This document shows, in pieces, positions 29,230-37,000 of a stretch of DNA of 64,000 bases. Both the position numbers and the translations under genes were made by a program. Numbering within the stretch: the first letter of the stretch is position 1; the number at the start of each line of letters is the position of its first letter. This stretch comes from Bacteroidales bacterium. Its GTDB lineage: Bacteria; Bacteroidota; Bacteroidia; Bacteroidales; GCA-2748055. The DNA is taken from the NCBI GenBank assembly GCA_023138875.1, contig JAGLOO010000035.1, positions 1,722-65,721 on the forward strand. Direction: 5' to 3'. The notes below the pieces were generated by a model. The model was not told the DNA's origin and ran no database searches. It was given only the letters and a program-made list of their open reading frames with translations.

Positions 29230-30243
29230 ATGATATTAGTTACCGGCGGAACCGGACTCCTGGGCTCGCACCTGCTGCTTGAGCTGGTCAGGAAGCATGA
29301 AGAGGTGGTGGCCCTGAAGCGTCCATCCTCCGGCCTGGAAGAGGTAAAGCGTGTTTTCTCTTACTACTCCAATGAGGCCGAAGAGCTGTTCAGGCTGATC
29401 GACTGGGTGGATGCGGACCTGATGAACTATGCCGAGGTGGAGCGGGTGATGATCGACATCGACCAGGTTTACCACTGTGCAGCCATGGTCTCATTCCGGC
29501 CGCGCGACCGTAAAAAGATGATCAATTTTAACACGGAGTGCACCACCAACATTGTCAATGCCTGCATTGAGATGAGGGTGGATAAGCTGTTGCATGTCTC
29601 CTCCTCCTCTGCCATAGGAAAGGCCCCGGAAGGATCACCGGCTGATGAATCGAAGATCTGGGCCCGCACTAAAACCAGCACCAGCTATTCTGTTTCCAAG
29701 TTCCGTTCGGAGATGGAAGTCTGGAGAGGCATAGAAGAAGGACTGAAGGCAGTGATTGTTAACCCCACCATTATCCTGGGACCGGGATTCTGGGACCGGG
29801 GAAGTTCATCCATGTTCGGCCGGGTTGCGGGCGGAATGCGATATGCCACCCCGGGTGTGACCGGATATGTGGGTGTACAGGATGTGGTATTGGCCATGAC
29901 CCGGTTGATGGCTTCTGATGTTTTTGGAGAACGGTATATTGTGAGTTCGGGGGATTTTTCTTACCGGGAGATGCTGGAGATGATTGCCGGTGCACTCGGT
30001 AAACCACGTACCCTGAAACCCGTTTCTCCCTCAACCCTTCGGTTCCTTTCAAGGGTCGATGCGGTGGCCGGATTCTTTACTGGCAAACGGCGCATTACCG
30101 GAGAGCAGGCCAAGGCTGCTTATCATAAAGCACGGTTTTCCAGTCAGAAAGTGATCGAAGCGACCGGGATGGAGTTTACCCCGGTGGAGAAGGCCATTGA
30201 ACATGTGGCGGGATATTACAGGGCGGATCATCCCCGGTTTTAA
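29230..30243 (+). CDS. NAD-dependent epimerase/dehydratase family (extended SDR) protein
   Basis: Rossmann motif ILVTGGTGLLGSHL and catalytic Y..SK (YSVSK). Confidence 0.85.
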   Translation: MILVTGGTGLLGSHLLLELVRKHEEVVALKRPSSGLEEVKRVFSYYSNEAEELFRLIDWVDADLMNYAEVERVMIDIDQVYHCAAMVSFRPRDRKKMINFNTECTTNIVNACIEMRVDKLLHVSSSSAIGKAPEGSPADESKIWARTKTSTSYSVSKFRSEMEVWRGIEEGLKAVIVNPTIILGPGFWDRGSSSMFGRVAGGMRYATPGVTGYVGVQDVVLAMTRLMASDVFGERYIVSSGDFSYREMLEMIAGALGKPRTLKPVSPSTLRFLSRVDAVAGFFTGKRRITGEQAKAAYHKARFSSQKVIEATGMEFTPVEKAIEHVAGYYRADHPRF

Positions 30244-30434
30244 AAGAAATCCCCCTCCCGGTATATATGAAAACCCCTGTTGCGTCGGAAGGGGGATCAG
30301 ATGCTTACGTTGATTCATTTGTTAATGTGTTCCGGTGAGATATATCAGCGTGAACTTCCGGTTTATTTCGACTGACTTCTAACTTTTTCTGCTATATTTG
30401 TTGCCCGATAACAAACAAATAATCAGTTAGTAAA

Positions 30435-31049
30435 ATGAAAATCGCAAACATCGTAACGAATGCAGTCCTTGGAGCTGCTGTTATTGTACTTTTCATATTC
30501 CATTTTACCGGCAACGGCAAGCACGATGGTGACAGTAAGCGTGCTGTTTCCGCCGAAATAGCCGATCCATCCGACATAAGCATCGCCTATTTCAATATGG
30601 ATTCTGTCATGTCGCAGTGGGACCTCTATTTTGAATACCAGCAAGAACTGGGACAGAAGCAGGCCAAGATGGAAGCTGATTTTGCAGGAAGAACTGAAAC
30701 CTTCTACCAGAGTGTTCAGGATGCACAGTATAAGATCCAGCGCCAACTTGTGACCAGGAGTGAAGCCGAACAGCTTCAGCAGCAGCTGGCCACAGAAGAA
30801 CAGAACCTGATGACCCTGCAGAATCAATATAGTGCTGAACTGCAGGAAGAGGGAATGGTCAAGAACCGGCAGATGCTCGATATGATCGAACGTTATGTGT
30901 CAGAATTGAGTCAGGAGAAAGGATACAGCTACGTCTATTCATATCAGTTTGGCGGAAACCTCATTTACGGGGCAAAGCCTTACGACATCACCAATGCAAT
31001 TGTAACAGGATTGAACGAAAAATACCAATCGGGAACCGAACTGCAGTAA
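30435..31049 (+). CDS. OmpH/Skp-family periplasmic chaperone
   Basis: It has an N-terminal anchor and a long Gln/Glu-rich coiled-coil. The C-terminal block GYSYVYSY....LIYG is typical of Bacteroidota OmpH proteins. Confidence 0.7.
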   Translation: MKIANIVTNAVLGAAVIVLFIFHFTGNGKHDGDSKRAVSAEIADPSDISIAYFNMDSVMSQWDLYFEYQQELGQKQAKMEADFAGRTETFYQSVQDAQYKIQRQLVTRSEAEQLQQQLATEEQNLMTLQNQYSAELQEEGMVKNRQMLDMIERYVSELSQEKGYSYVYSYQFGGNLIYGAKPYDITNAIVTGLNEKYQSGTELQ

Positions 31050-32464
31050 TGGGCTTTGGGGATGCATACCTGCTCAAAGCTGGTTTGCGGGATAAGCTTA
31101 TTCAACCTGAATCCCATCCCGGTCTTAAGATAATAGTTACCATACCGGTATACAATGAATCCGGGCTCGAAAGATGCCTGGATTCTTTGTTTCAATGCCG
31201 CATGTCTGCAGCGATCCAGGCAGATGCGATCCAGGCAGATGCGATCCGGGCAGATGCGATCCGGGCGGAGGTACTGGTGCTTATTAATGCCTCTGCTGAT
31301 TCCGGCCCTGAGATCCTTAAGCAGAACAGGGCGACCTGTGACGCCACGCGTTCCTGGATTGCTGCGCATCCCCATCCTTCCATTTCATTCTTTGTGTTGC
31401 TTGATCAAAGTTTTGGAAAGAAAGAGGCAGGTGTGGGAATGGCCCGAAAGATCCTTATGGATGAAGCGGTACGGAGGTTTAGTTCTATTGGCGCGCCAGA
31501 CGGGATCATTGCCTCCATGGATGCTGATGCGGTGGTGGAAAAGAATTACCTGGAGGCGATTGTGGGGCATTTTAAGTCTGGTCTGTCTGATGGATGCTCG
31601 ATCTATTTTGAGCATCCCCTGTCTGTAGGAACCGGTGATTCCAATGTTTCTGAGGATACCGGTGATTCCAATGTTTCTGAGGGTACCGGTGATTCCAATG
31701 TTTCTGAGGGTACCGGCGAAGCGTTTGGACCTGAAGTGTACTATGCCGTTACCCAGTACGAACTGCACCTGCGCTATTACCTTCAGTCGGTCCGTTCTAC
31801 CGGCTATCCCTACGCCTTCCATACCGTGGGATCCTCGTTTGCTGTGATAGCTGATGTGTACTGCAAAGAGGGAGGAATGAACCGCCGGCAGGGCGGAGAA
31901 GATTTCTATTTCATCCAGAAAGTGGCCCAGCGGGGCAACTTCAACGAGTGCAACGCGACCTGTGTGTTCCCCTCACCCCGGCCATCGGAGAGGGTTCCCT
32001 TTGGGACCGGACCGGTTGTCGCAAAATTGATTGATCAGATGCAAGGCGCCCAACTCACCACCTATGATCCGCGCCCCTTCAGCATGCTGAGGCAACTCTT
32101 TAGCGGACTGGAGTTGATGCATAGTGCAAACGACCTGGACCATTTCATGAAATCGCAACCTGAAGTATTGATCGGATTCCTGGAAGAAAACCAGTTCGGG
32201 GAAGCCCTTATGGAGATTCGGAAAAATAGTGCCTCCTTCGAGGCCTTCCAAAAACGCTTCTGGCGCTGGTTCAATATGTTCAGGATCATGAAGTTCCTTC
32301 ACCATGCCAGGGAGAAAGGCTATCCGGATATACCCGTTGGTGCAGCCTCCCTGAAGCTGCTTTCACAGATCAATCCAGAGGGAGTTGAGATTCCTCCTGA
32401 TGGCTCCGACCTTAAAGAGTTATTGGAAATATTCCGGAAGTTGGACCGATCTTCGCCTCGTTAA
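31049..32464 (+). CDS. Family 2 glycosyltransferase carrying two in-frame tandem-repeat insertions
   Basis: GT-A motifs IIVTIPVYNE and MDADAVV are present. The start overlaps the OmpH stop (TAATG). Confidence 0.7.
   Translation: MGFGDAYLLKAGLRDKLIQPESHPGLKIIVTIPVYNESGLERCLDSLFQCRMSAAIQADAIQADAIRADAIRAEVLVLINASADSGPEILKQNRATCDATRSWIAAHPHPSISFFVLLDQSFGKKEAGVGMARKILMDEAVRRFSSIGAPDGIIASMDADAVVEKNYLEAIVGHFKSGLSDGCSIYFEHPLSVGTGDSNVSEDTGDSNVSEGTGDSNVSEGTGEAFGPEVYYAVTQYELHLRYYLQSVRSTGYPYAFHTVGSSFAVIADVYCKEGGMNRRQGGEDFYFIQKVAQRGNFNECNATCVFPSPRPSERVPFGTGPVVAKLIDQMQGAQLTTYDPRPFSMLRQLFSGLELMHSANDLDHFMKSQPEVLIGFLEENQFGEALMEIRKNSASFEAFQKRFWRWFNMFRIMKFLHHAREKGYPDIPVGAASLKLLSQINPEGVEIPPDGSDLKELLEIFRKLDRSSPR
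31211..31270 (+). repeat. 4 x 15-bp in-frame tandem repeat (AIQAD/AIRAD pentapeptide) within the GT2 gene
   Basis: The sequence is gcgatccaggcagat x2, then gcgatccgggcagat, then gcgatccgggcggag. Phase was checked against the ORF frame. Confidence 0.9.
31631..31720 (+). repeat. 3.3 x 27-bp in-frame tandem repeat (TGDSNVSE[DG]) within the GT2 gene
   Basis: accggtgattccaatgtttctgagg[ag]t occurs three times, followed by a partial accggcgaa. Confidence 0.9.
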
Positions 32465-32552
32465 TCACACTAACTACTAAAGAAATCAATGGATAAATCC
32501 ACTTAAGGAGTTTCATGTCTGATATTAGTTTCCATTTATAGCAACTTTTTCT

Positions 32553-32560
32553 TATCTTTG
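32553..32560 (+). promoter_or_regulatory. Candidate -7 promoter box (TATCTTTG) upstream of a 19-codon ORF and the XRE gene
   Basis: Exact TAnnTTTG match 17 nt upstream of ATG 32577 and 86 nt upstream of ATG 32646. Confidence 0.3.
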
Positions 32561-32645
32561 CATTTATTAACTAACAATGAGAGAATACTATGAAATTCTG
32601 CTTTCCAATGAATCAGAACGTATTATTTTAATATAATTAAGTAGG

Positions 32646-32972
32646 ATGAAACCAAATGATATTCAATTCAAGAGTTTTGAGAATATTAAGGATAAATATT
32701 TAGGTGAAATTGGAACAGTTGAACGTGACCAATATGAATTTGAATTAAGACTTGACATTCTTGGTGAAATAATAAAGCAAACCAGGAAGGAAAGAAACTT
32801 AACTCAGGAGCAGCTTGGTAAACTTGTAGGGGTAAAAAAATCTGAAATTTCAAAACTCGAAAGAAATGCCAGAAACATGACAATTGGCACCGTCCTGAAG
32901 GTATTTAGAGCAATGAGAGCTAATGTTAAGTTCATGGTTAAACTTGATGATAATGAGTTAATTGTTACATGA
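32646..32972 (+). CDS. XRE-family helix-turn-helix protein (HigA-like antitoxin architecture, no toxin partner)
   Basis: The HTH reads RKERNLTQEQLGKLVGVKKSEISKLERN. A ~45-aa N-terminal extension resembles many HigA-type antitoxins. It lies in an AT-rich island. Confidence 0.7.
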   Translation: MKPNDIQFKSFENIKDKYLGEIGTVERDQYEFELRLDILGEIIKQTRKERNLTQEQLGKLVGVKKSEISKLERNARNMTIGTVLKVFRAMRANVKFMVKLDDNELIVT

Positions 32973-33024
32973 GTCTTTTGAAAACTTTGCTGATGATTTG
33001 CCGGAAGTTGGACAGGATAAGGAG

Positions 33025-33330
33025 TTACTCCTCCACCTCAATAACCACAAACACATCCTCATTCTCTTTTTTCATAAGGAATTGTTCGCGGGCATACTTC
33101 TCCAGGTTATCCTTATCGGTGGTGAGTTCGTGAAGCCGGGTGGAATCCTTCCGGATCTGCTCATTGTAGTACTGACTGTCCTGTTCAAGTTGCCTGATCT
33201 CGCCTGACATCTTCATGCGGTCGACCATGTTGTTCTGGTCGAAGAAAAGTATCCAGATAGCGAACACAAAAATAGTGAGCACATACTTGTTCTTCAACCA
33301 GGGCCATATCTTCAGGAAAAACTGTTTCAC
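33025..33330 (-). CDS. Septum formation initiator (FtsB/DivIC-like) protein
   Basis: A single N-terminal TM (VLTIFVFAIWILFF) is followed by a coiled-coil ending EKYAREQFLMKKENEDVFVV, the conserved FtsB/DivIC tail. The start is GTG. Confidence 0.7.
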   Translation of the reverse strand: MKQFFLKIWPWLKNKYVLTIFVFAIWILFFDQNNMVDRMKMSGEIRQLEQDSQYYNEQIRKDSTRLHELTTDKDNLEKYAREQFLMKKENEDVFVVIEVEE

Positions 33331-33341
33331 ACTCCAAAGCT

Positions 33342-33375
33342 AAAAAAAAACGCCCCCCGGTGGAAGGCGATTTTT
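33342..33375 (-). terminator. Rho-independent terminator downstream of the P5C dehydrogenase gene
   Basis: The minus-strand RNA is aaaucgccuucc-acc-ggggggcg followed by U9. That is an 8-bp stem including two G-U pairs. Confidence 0.65.
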
Positions 33376-33430
33376 CAACACTCTCATGCAAGTGCCATGT
33401 CAAGACATGATCCTGGTTCCTTTCAGATTT

Positions 33431-35062
33431 CTACTCCTCGTCCATGTAAGGATACCTGTAATCTTTCGCTGGCACGAAAGTCTCCTTGATGGTGCGGGGC
33501 GATACCCAGCGCAGCAGGTTGATCATGGAACCTGCCTTGTCATTGGTCCCCGATCCGCGGGCTCCGCCAAAAGGTTGCTGTCCCACTACGGCACCTGTGG
33601 GCTTGTCATTGATATAGAAGTTTCCGGCACAGTTGGATAATTTTTCTGTAAGACATTCAATGGCATAGCGGTCCTGGGCAAAAATGGCCCCGGTGAGGGC
33701 ATACATAGAAGTTTCGTCCAGCAGAGCTACTGTTTCAGGCACCTTATCATCCGCATAGACATAGATGGTCAGCACCGGTCCGAACAGCTCTTCCTCCATG
33801 GTGACGTATTTGGGATCGGTGGTGAGGATCACGGTGGGCTCAATAAAGTAGCCTTCCGACTTGTCATATCCACCTCCGATAATAACTTCAGCATCGGTAT
33901 CATTTTTGGCCCTGTCGATAAAACCGGCCAGCTTGTCGAAAGTAACCTCATCGATAACCGCATTGAAGAAGTTGGTGAAGTCTTCCGGCGGTCCCATCTT
34001 GATCCCCTTCATTGTGTTCTCCATCTGTTCCCTCACTTCGGGCCACATGCTTTCAGGGATATAGGCCCTCGATGCGGCTGAGCATTTCTGACCCTGGTAC
34101 TCAAAGGCACCCCTGACCATGGCCACTACCAATGCTTTTCTGTCAGCTGAAGGATGAGCGAAGATAAAGTCCTTCCCGCCGGTCTCACCCACAATGCGGG
34201 GATAGGATTTATAAATCTCAATATTGTTGCCTATAGTCTTCCAAATGTGCCGGAACACTTCAGTGGAGCCGGTATAATGGATCCCTGCAAATTCGGGATG
34301 GGAGAAGATCTCACTCCCGGCCACCGGTCCCGATACAAACATCAGGTTGATCACGCCGGGAGGTACTCCGGCCTCGATAAATACATCCATCAGCACTTTG
34401 GCTGAATAGACCTGGGTATTGGAACACTTCCATACCACTGTATTACCCATCATGGCTGGTGCAGTGGGAAGGTTACCGGCAATGGAGGTGAAATTGAAAG
34501 GGGTTAACGCAAAGATAAATCCTTCCAGTGGACGCTGCTCCACACGGTTCCATATACCTTCTGATGAATCGGGTTGCTGTTTATAAATCTCGGTCATGTA
34601 CTGCACATTGAACCGGAGGAAATCGGCCATCTCGCATGCACTGTCGATCTCTGCCTGGATTACGTTCTTGGATTGTCCCAGCATGGTGGCTGCATTGATG
34701 GTGTCGCCGTAGGGTCCTGAAAGCAGATCAGCAGCTTTCAGAAAGATGGATGCACGGTGCTCCCATGAGAGGGCTGCCCACTTCTCTTTGGCCTCCAGGG
34801 CAGCTTCAATGGCCATCTTTACGTGGCTGGCATCGCCTTTGTGGAAGTGGCCCAGCAGGTGTTTCCTGTCGTGTGGAGGGTGAATGGGAACACGGTTCTC
34901 GGTTCTTACCTCTTTACCTCCGATCACCATAGGTATATCCATCACCTGTGACCTCAGATTGTCTATCTCTTTTTTTAGTGTCGCACGATCGTGAGTCCCT
35001 GGAGCATAGTGCCTTACCTGTTCATTTTTCGCAACCGGAACCTTATAAAAACCTTTTGACAT
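33431..35062 (-). CDS. pruA: L-glutamate gamma-semialdehyde (1-pyrroline-5-carboxylate) dehydrogenase
   Basis: 543 aa. It has the aldehyde dehydrogenase core (ETGGKDF, QKCSA catalytic Cys region) and the characteristic N-terminus MSKGFYKVP...NE.V..YAPG...R..L. Confidence 0.88.
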   Translation of the reverse strand: MSKGFYKVPVAKNEQVRHYAPGTHDRATLKKEIDNLRSQVMDIPMVIGGKEVRTENRVPIHPPHDRKHLLGHFHKGDASHVKMAIEAALEAKEKWAALSWEHRASIFLKAADLLSGPYGDTINAATMLGQSKNVIQAEIDSACEMADFLRFNVQYMTEIYKQQPDSSEGIWNRVEQRPLEGFIFALTPFNFTSIAGNLPTAPAMMGNTVVWKCSNTQVYSAKVLMDVFIEAGVPPGVINLMFVSGPVAGSEIFSHPEFAGIHYTGSTEVFRHIWKTIGNNIEIYKSYPRIVGETGGKDFIFAHPSADRKALVVAMVRGAFEYQGQKCSAASRAYIPESMWPEVREQMENTMKGIKMGPPEDFTNFFNAVIDEVTFDKLAGFIDRAKNDTDAEVIIGGGYDKSEGYFIEPTVILTTDPKYVTMEEELFGPVLTIYVYADDKVPETVALLDETSMYALTGAIFAQDRYAIECLTEKLSNCAGNFYINDKPTGAVVGQQPFGGARGSGTNDKAGSMINLLRWVSPRTIKETFVPAKDYRYPYMDEE

Positions 35063-35336
35063 ATCTGTTTACATTTTACTTGTTAATTGATACGTTCAAC
35101 TGTGGCAAATATAGCAGGTTAGCTGCGGCAGTCCCACATATTCTACAGCAGTTCACATAAGCAAGAAAATCAAATGAAGGCTTAAAAACACTGGTAAATC
35201 TCATGTTTTTGTTTCAATTCATAGAAAAGGAAATGTTACATAACAGGAAATTCTTTGATGCAATGAACAAATTGCAATGGGGGCTGTTATTTGTATTACG
35301 TCTAAATAAAGTTCTAACCAATTAAAAACCTTGAAA

Positions 35337-35936
35337 ATGTCATTTAAATTACCCGATTTAAGCTACGATTATAACGCACTGGAGCCTTACATTGATGCAA
35401 GGACCATGGAGATCCATCATTCAAAGCATCATGCAGCTTATACTGCAAACTTTAATAAAGCTGTAGAGGGTTCTTCCCTTGAGGGAAAAGCCATCGAAGA
35501 GATCCTCGCAGGTGTATCCGCAGGATCAGCAGCTGTCAGGAATAACGGAGGCGGATATTATAACCACGTCCTCTACTGGTCTATAATGGGACCAGGAGGG
35601 GGAGGTGAACCCTCTGGAGAGTTGCTGGATGCCATCAATGGTGCATTTGGTTCATTTGCCGATTTTAAATCCCAATTCAGTACCGCTGCAGCTACCAGGT
35701 TTGGTTCAGGATGGGCCTGGCTTGTAAAGGCAGCAGACGGTTCACTGGTAGTCAGCTCCACACCCAACCAGGACAATCCGTTAATGGATCTGGCCGAGGT
35801 GAAGGGAACACCATTACTGACAATTGATGTATGGGAACATGCATATTACCTGAATTATCAGAACCGCAGACCGGAATACATTGAAGCCTTTTGGAATGTA
35901 ATCAACTGGGAAGAAGTTGCCAGCAGGTTTAAATAA
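35337..35936 (+). CDS. Fe/Mn-family superoxide dismutase
   Basis: [29 protein letters not shown] and DVWEHAYYL are present. The start is moved to ATG 35337. Confidence 0.93.
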   Translation: MSFKLPDLSYDYNALEPYIDARTMEIHHSKHHAAYTANFNKAVEGSSLEGKAIEEILAGVSAGSAAVRNNGGGYYNHVLYWSIMGPGGGGEPSGELLDAINGAFGSFADFKSQFSTAAATRFGSGWAWLVKAADGSLVVSSTPNQDNPLMDLAEVKGTPLLTIDVWEHAYYLNYQNRRPEYIEAFWNVINWEEVASRFK

Positions 35937-35969
35937 AAAATCAATTAGGATTAGTTAGGTGCTTGTTTG

Positions 35970-36001
35970 GAGGCGCTCCTATTTGGGGCGTCTCTTTTTT
36001 A
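35970..36001 (+). terminator. Rho-independent terminator after the SOD gene
   Basis: gaggcgc-(11 nt loop)-gcgtctc (7-bp stem with one G-U) followed by tttttt. Confidence 0.55.
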
Positions 36002-36015
36002 TATTCATGTGATTT

Positions 36016-36069
36016 GTTTGTTTTTCAATCTTTACAATGTTTGTTTTTCAATCTTTTTTCGTAACTTTG
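36016..36069 (+). promoter_or_regulatory. Candidate promoter with an 18-bp direct repeat upstream of the XRE-Panacea gene
   Basis: gtttgtttttcaatcttt occurs at 36016-36033 and 36039-36056 (23-bp period). A TTTG at 36040-36043 precedes an exact -7 box TAACTTTG at 36062-36069, 17 nt before ATG 36086. Confidence 0.4.
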
Positions 36070-36085
36070 AGAAAAACACGGCCGC

Positions 36086-36895
36086 ATGAACAGACAACTG
36101 ACACCTCAGCAATTGGGGAAAAAACTGAAAGGTATCCGGATGGAAAGTGGCTTTTCGCAGGAGGATATCGCCAGGATGCTGCAGATCTCCAGGTCATCGG
36201 TGGTGCAGATTGAGAAAGGGAACCGACAGATCTCCGCAATTGAATTAGGCATGCTTTCGGAAGCCCTTGGTTTCTCAGCAGATGAATTCCTTTCAGCGGA
36301 GTATGAGGCTTCGACTACGATGACTATCGTCGAAGAACCCGGTGTTGAGACTGATTTGGAGGTAATGAGAGATTCAGTGCCAAAGTTGAAAAGGGCAAAG
36401 CTGGAAATTGTGATTCTTTATATCACAGGCAAATGTGGTGCATTACCGAGGATGGATGTCAACCTGCTTATAAATCTGCTTTATCTCTGTGATTTTAACC
36501 ATTATGAGCTCCATGAGGAGCAGCTTACAGGTCTGCTCTACACCAGACAGGCATTTGGCCCCTCCCCTGAAAATATCACCGGAATCCTGAAAGAAATGGA
36601 AAAGGATGGCAAATTACAGAGGTTCAAAGGCAACTATAAAGGCATTCCGCTTATCAAGTACCTGCCCGGGGTTCATGCCAACCTGATGAGCCTAAGCGCA
36701 GCCGAAAAGGAGGTGATAGACCGGGTGCTTGAGCAGTTCTCTCACTGGCCGGCCAGCGCGCTTAATGCTTATACCCGGGATGAGATTCCTCTGAGGGCAA
36801 CGAAACAGGGAGAGGCGATTAGCTATGAGCTTGCGTTCTATAGGAAATCTCCTCACTCTGTCAGGATCTATGATGAAGACTGGTATGAGTCATGA
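36086..36895 (+). CDS. XRE HTH fused to a Panacea (DUF4065/SocA-like) domain; PanA-type antitoxin architecture
   Basis: The N-terminal HTH reads GFSQEDIARMLQISRSSVVQIEKGNR. The C-terminal block KLEIVILYITGKCG.L.RMDVNLLINLLYLCDFNHYELHEEQLTGLLYTRQAFGP.P has the DUF4065 pattern. Confidence 0.7.
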   Translation: MNRQLTPQQLGKKLKGIRMESGFSQEDIARMLQISRSSVVQIEKGNRQISAIELGMLSEALGFSADEFLSAEYEASTTMTIVEEPGVETDLEVMRDSVPKLKRAKLEIVILYITGKCGALPRMDVNLLINLLYLCDFNHYELHEEQLTGLLYTRQAFGPSPENITGILKEMEKDGKLQRFKGNYKGIPLIKYLPGVHANLMSLSAAEKEVIDRVLEQFSHWPASALNAYTRDEIPLRATKQGEAISYELAFYRKSPHSVRIYDEDWYES

Positions 36896-37000
36896 CCTTT
36901 GATGAGATCATAGAATTCCGGACTCAGGCTAATCTATGCATACTTCAAAGAGGAATCCAGGATCTTAAAATATTTCAAATAGAGGGTCACCCCCCTCCGG

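Noticed and set aside
30250-30296. An imperfect inverted repeat (tccccctcc ... ggaaggggga) after the epimerase gene, considered as a possible terminator.
   Set aside because: It has one mismatch, a ~28-nt loop and no following T-tract. That is too weak to call.
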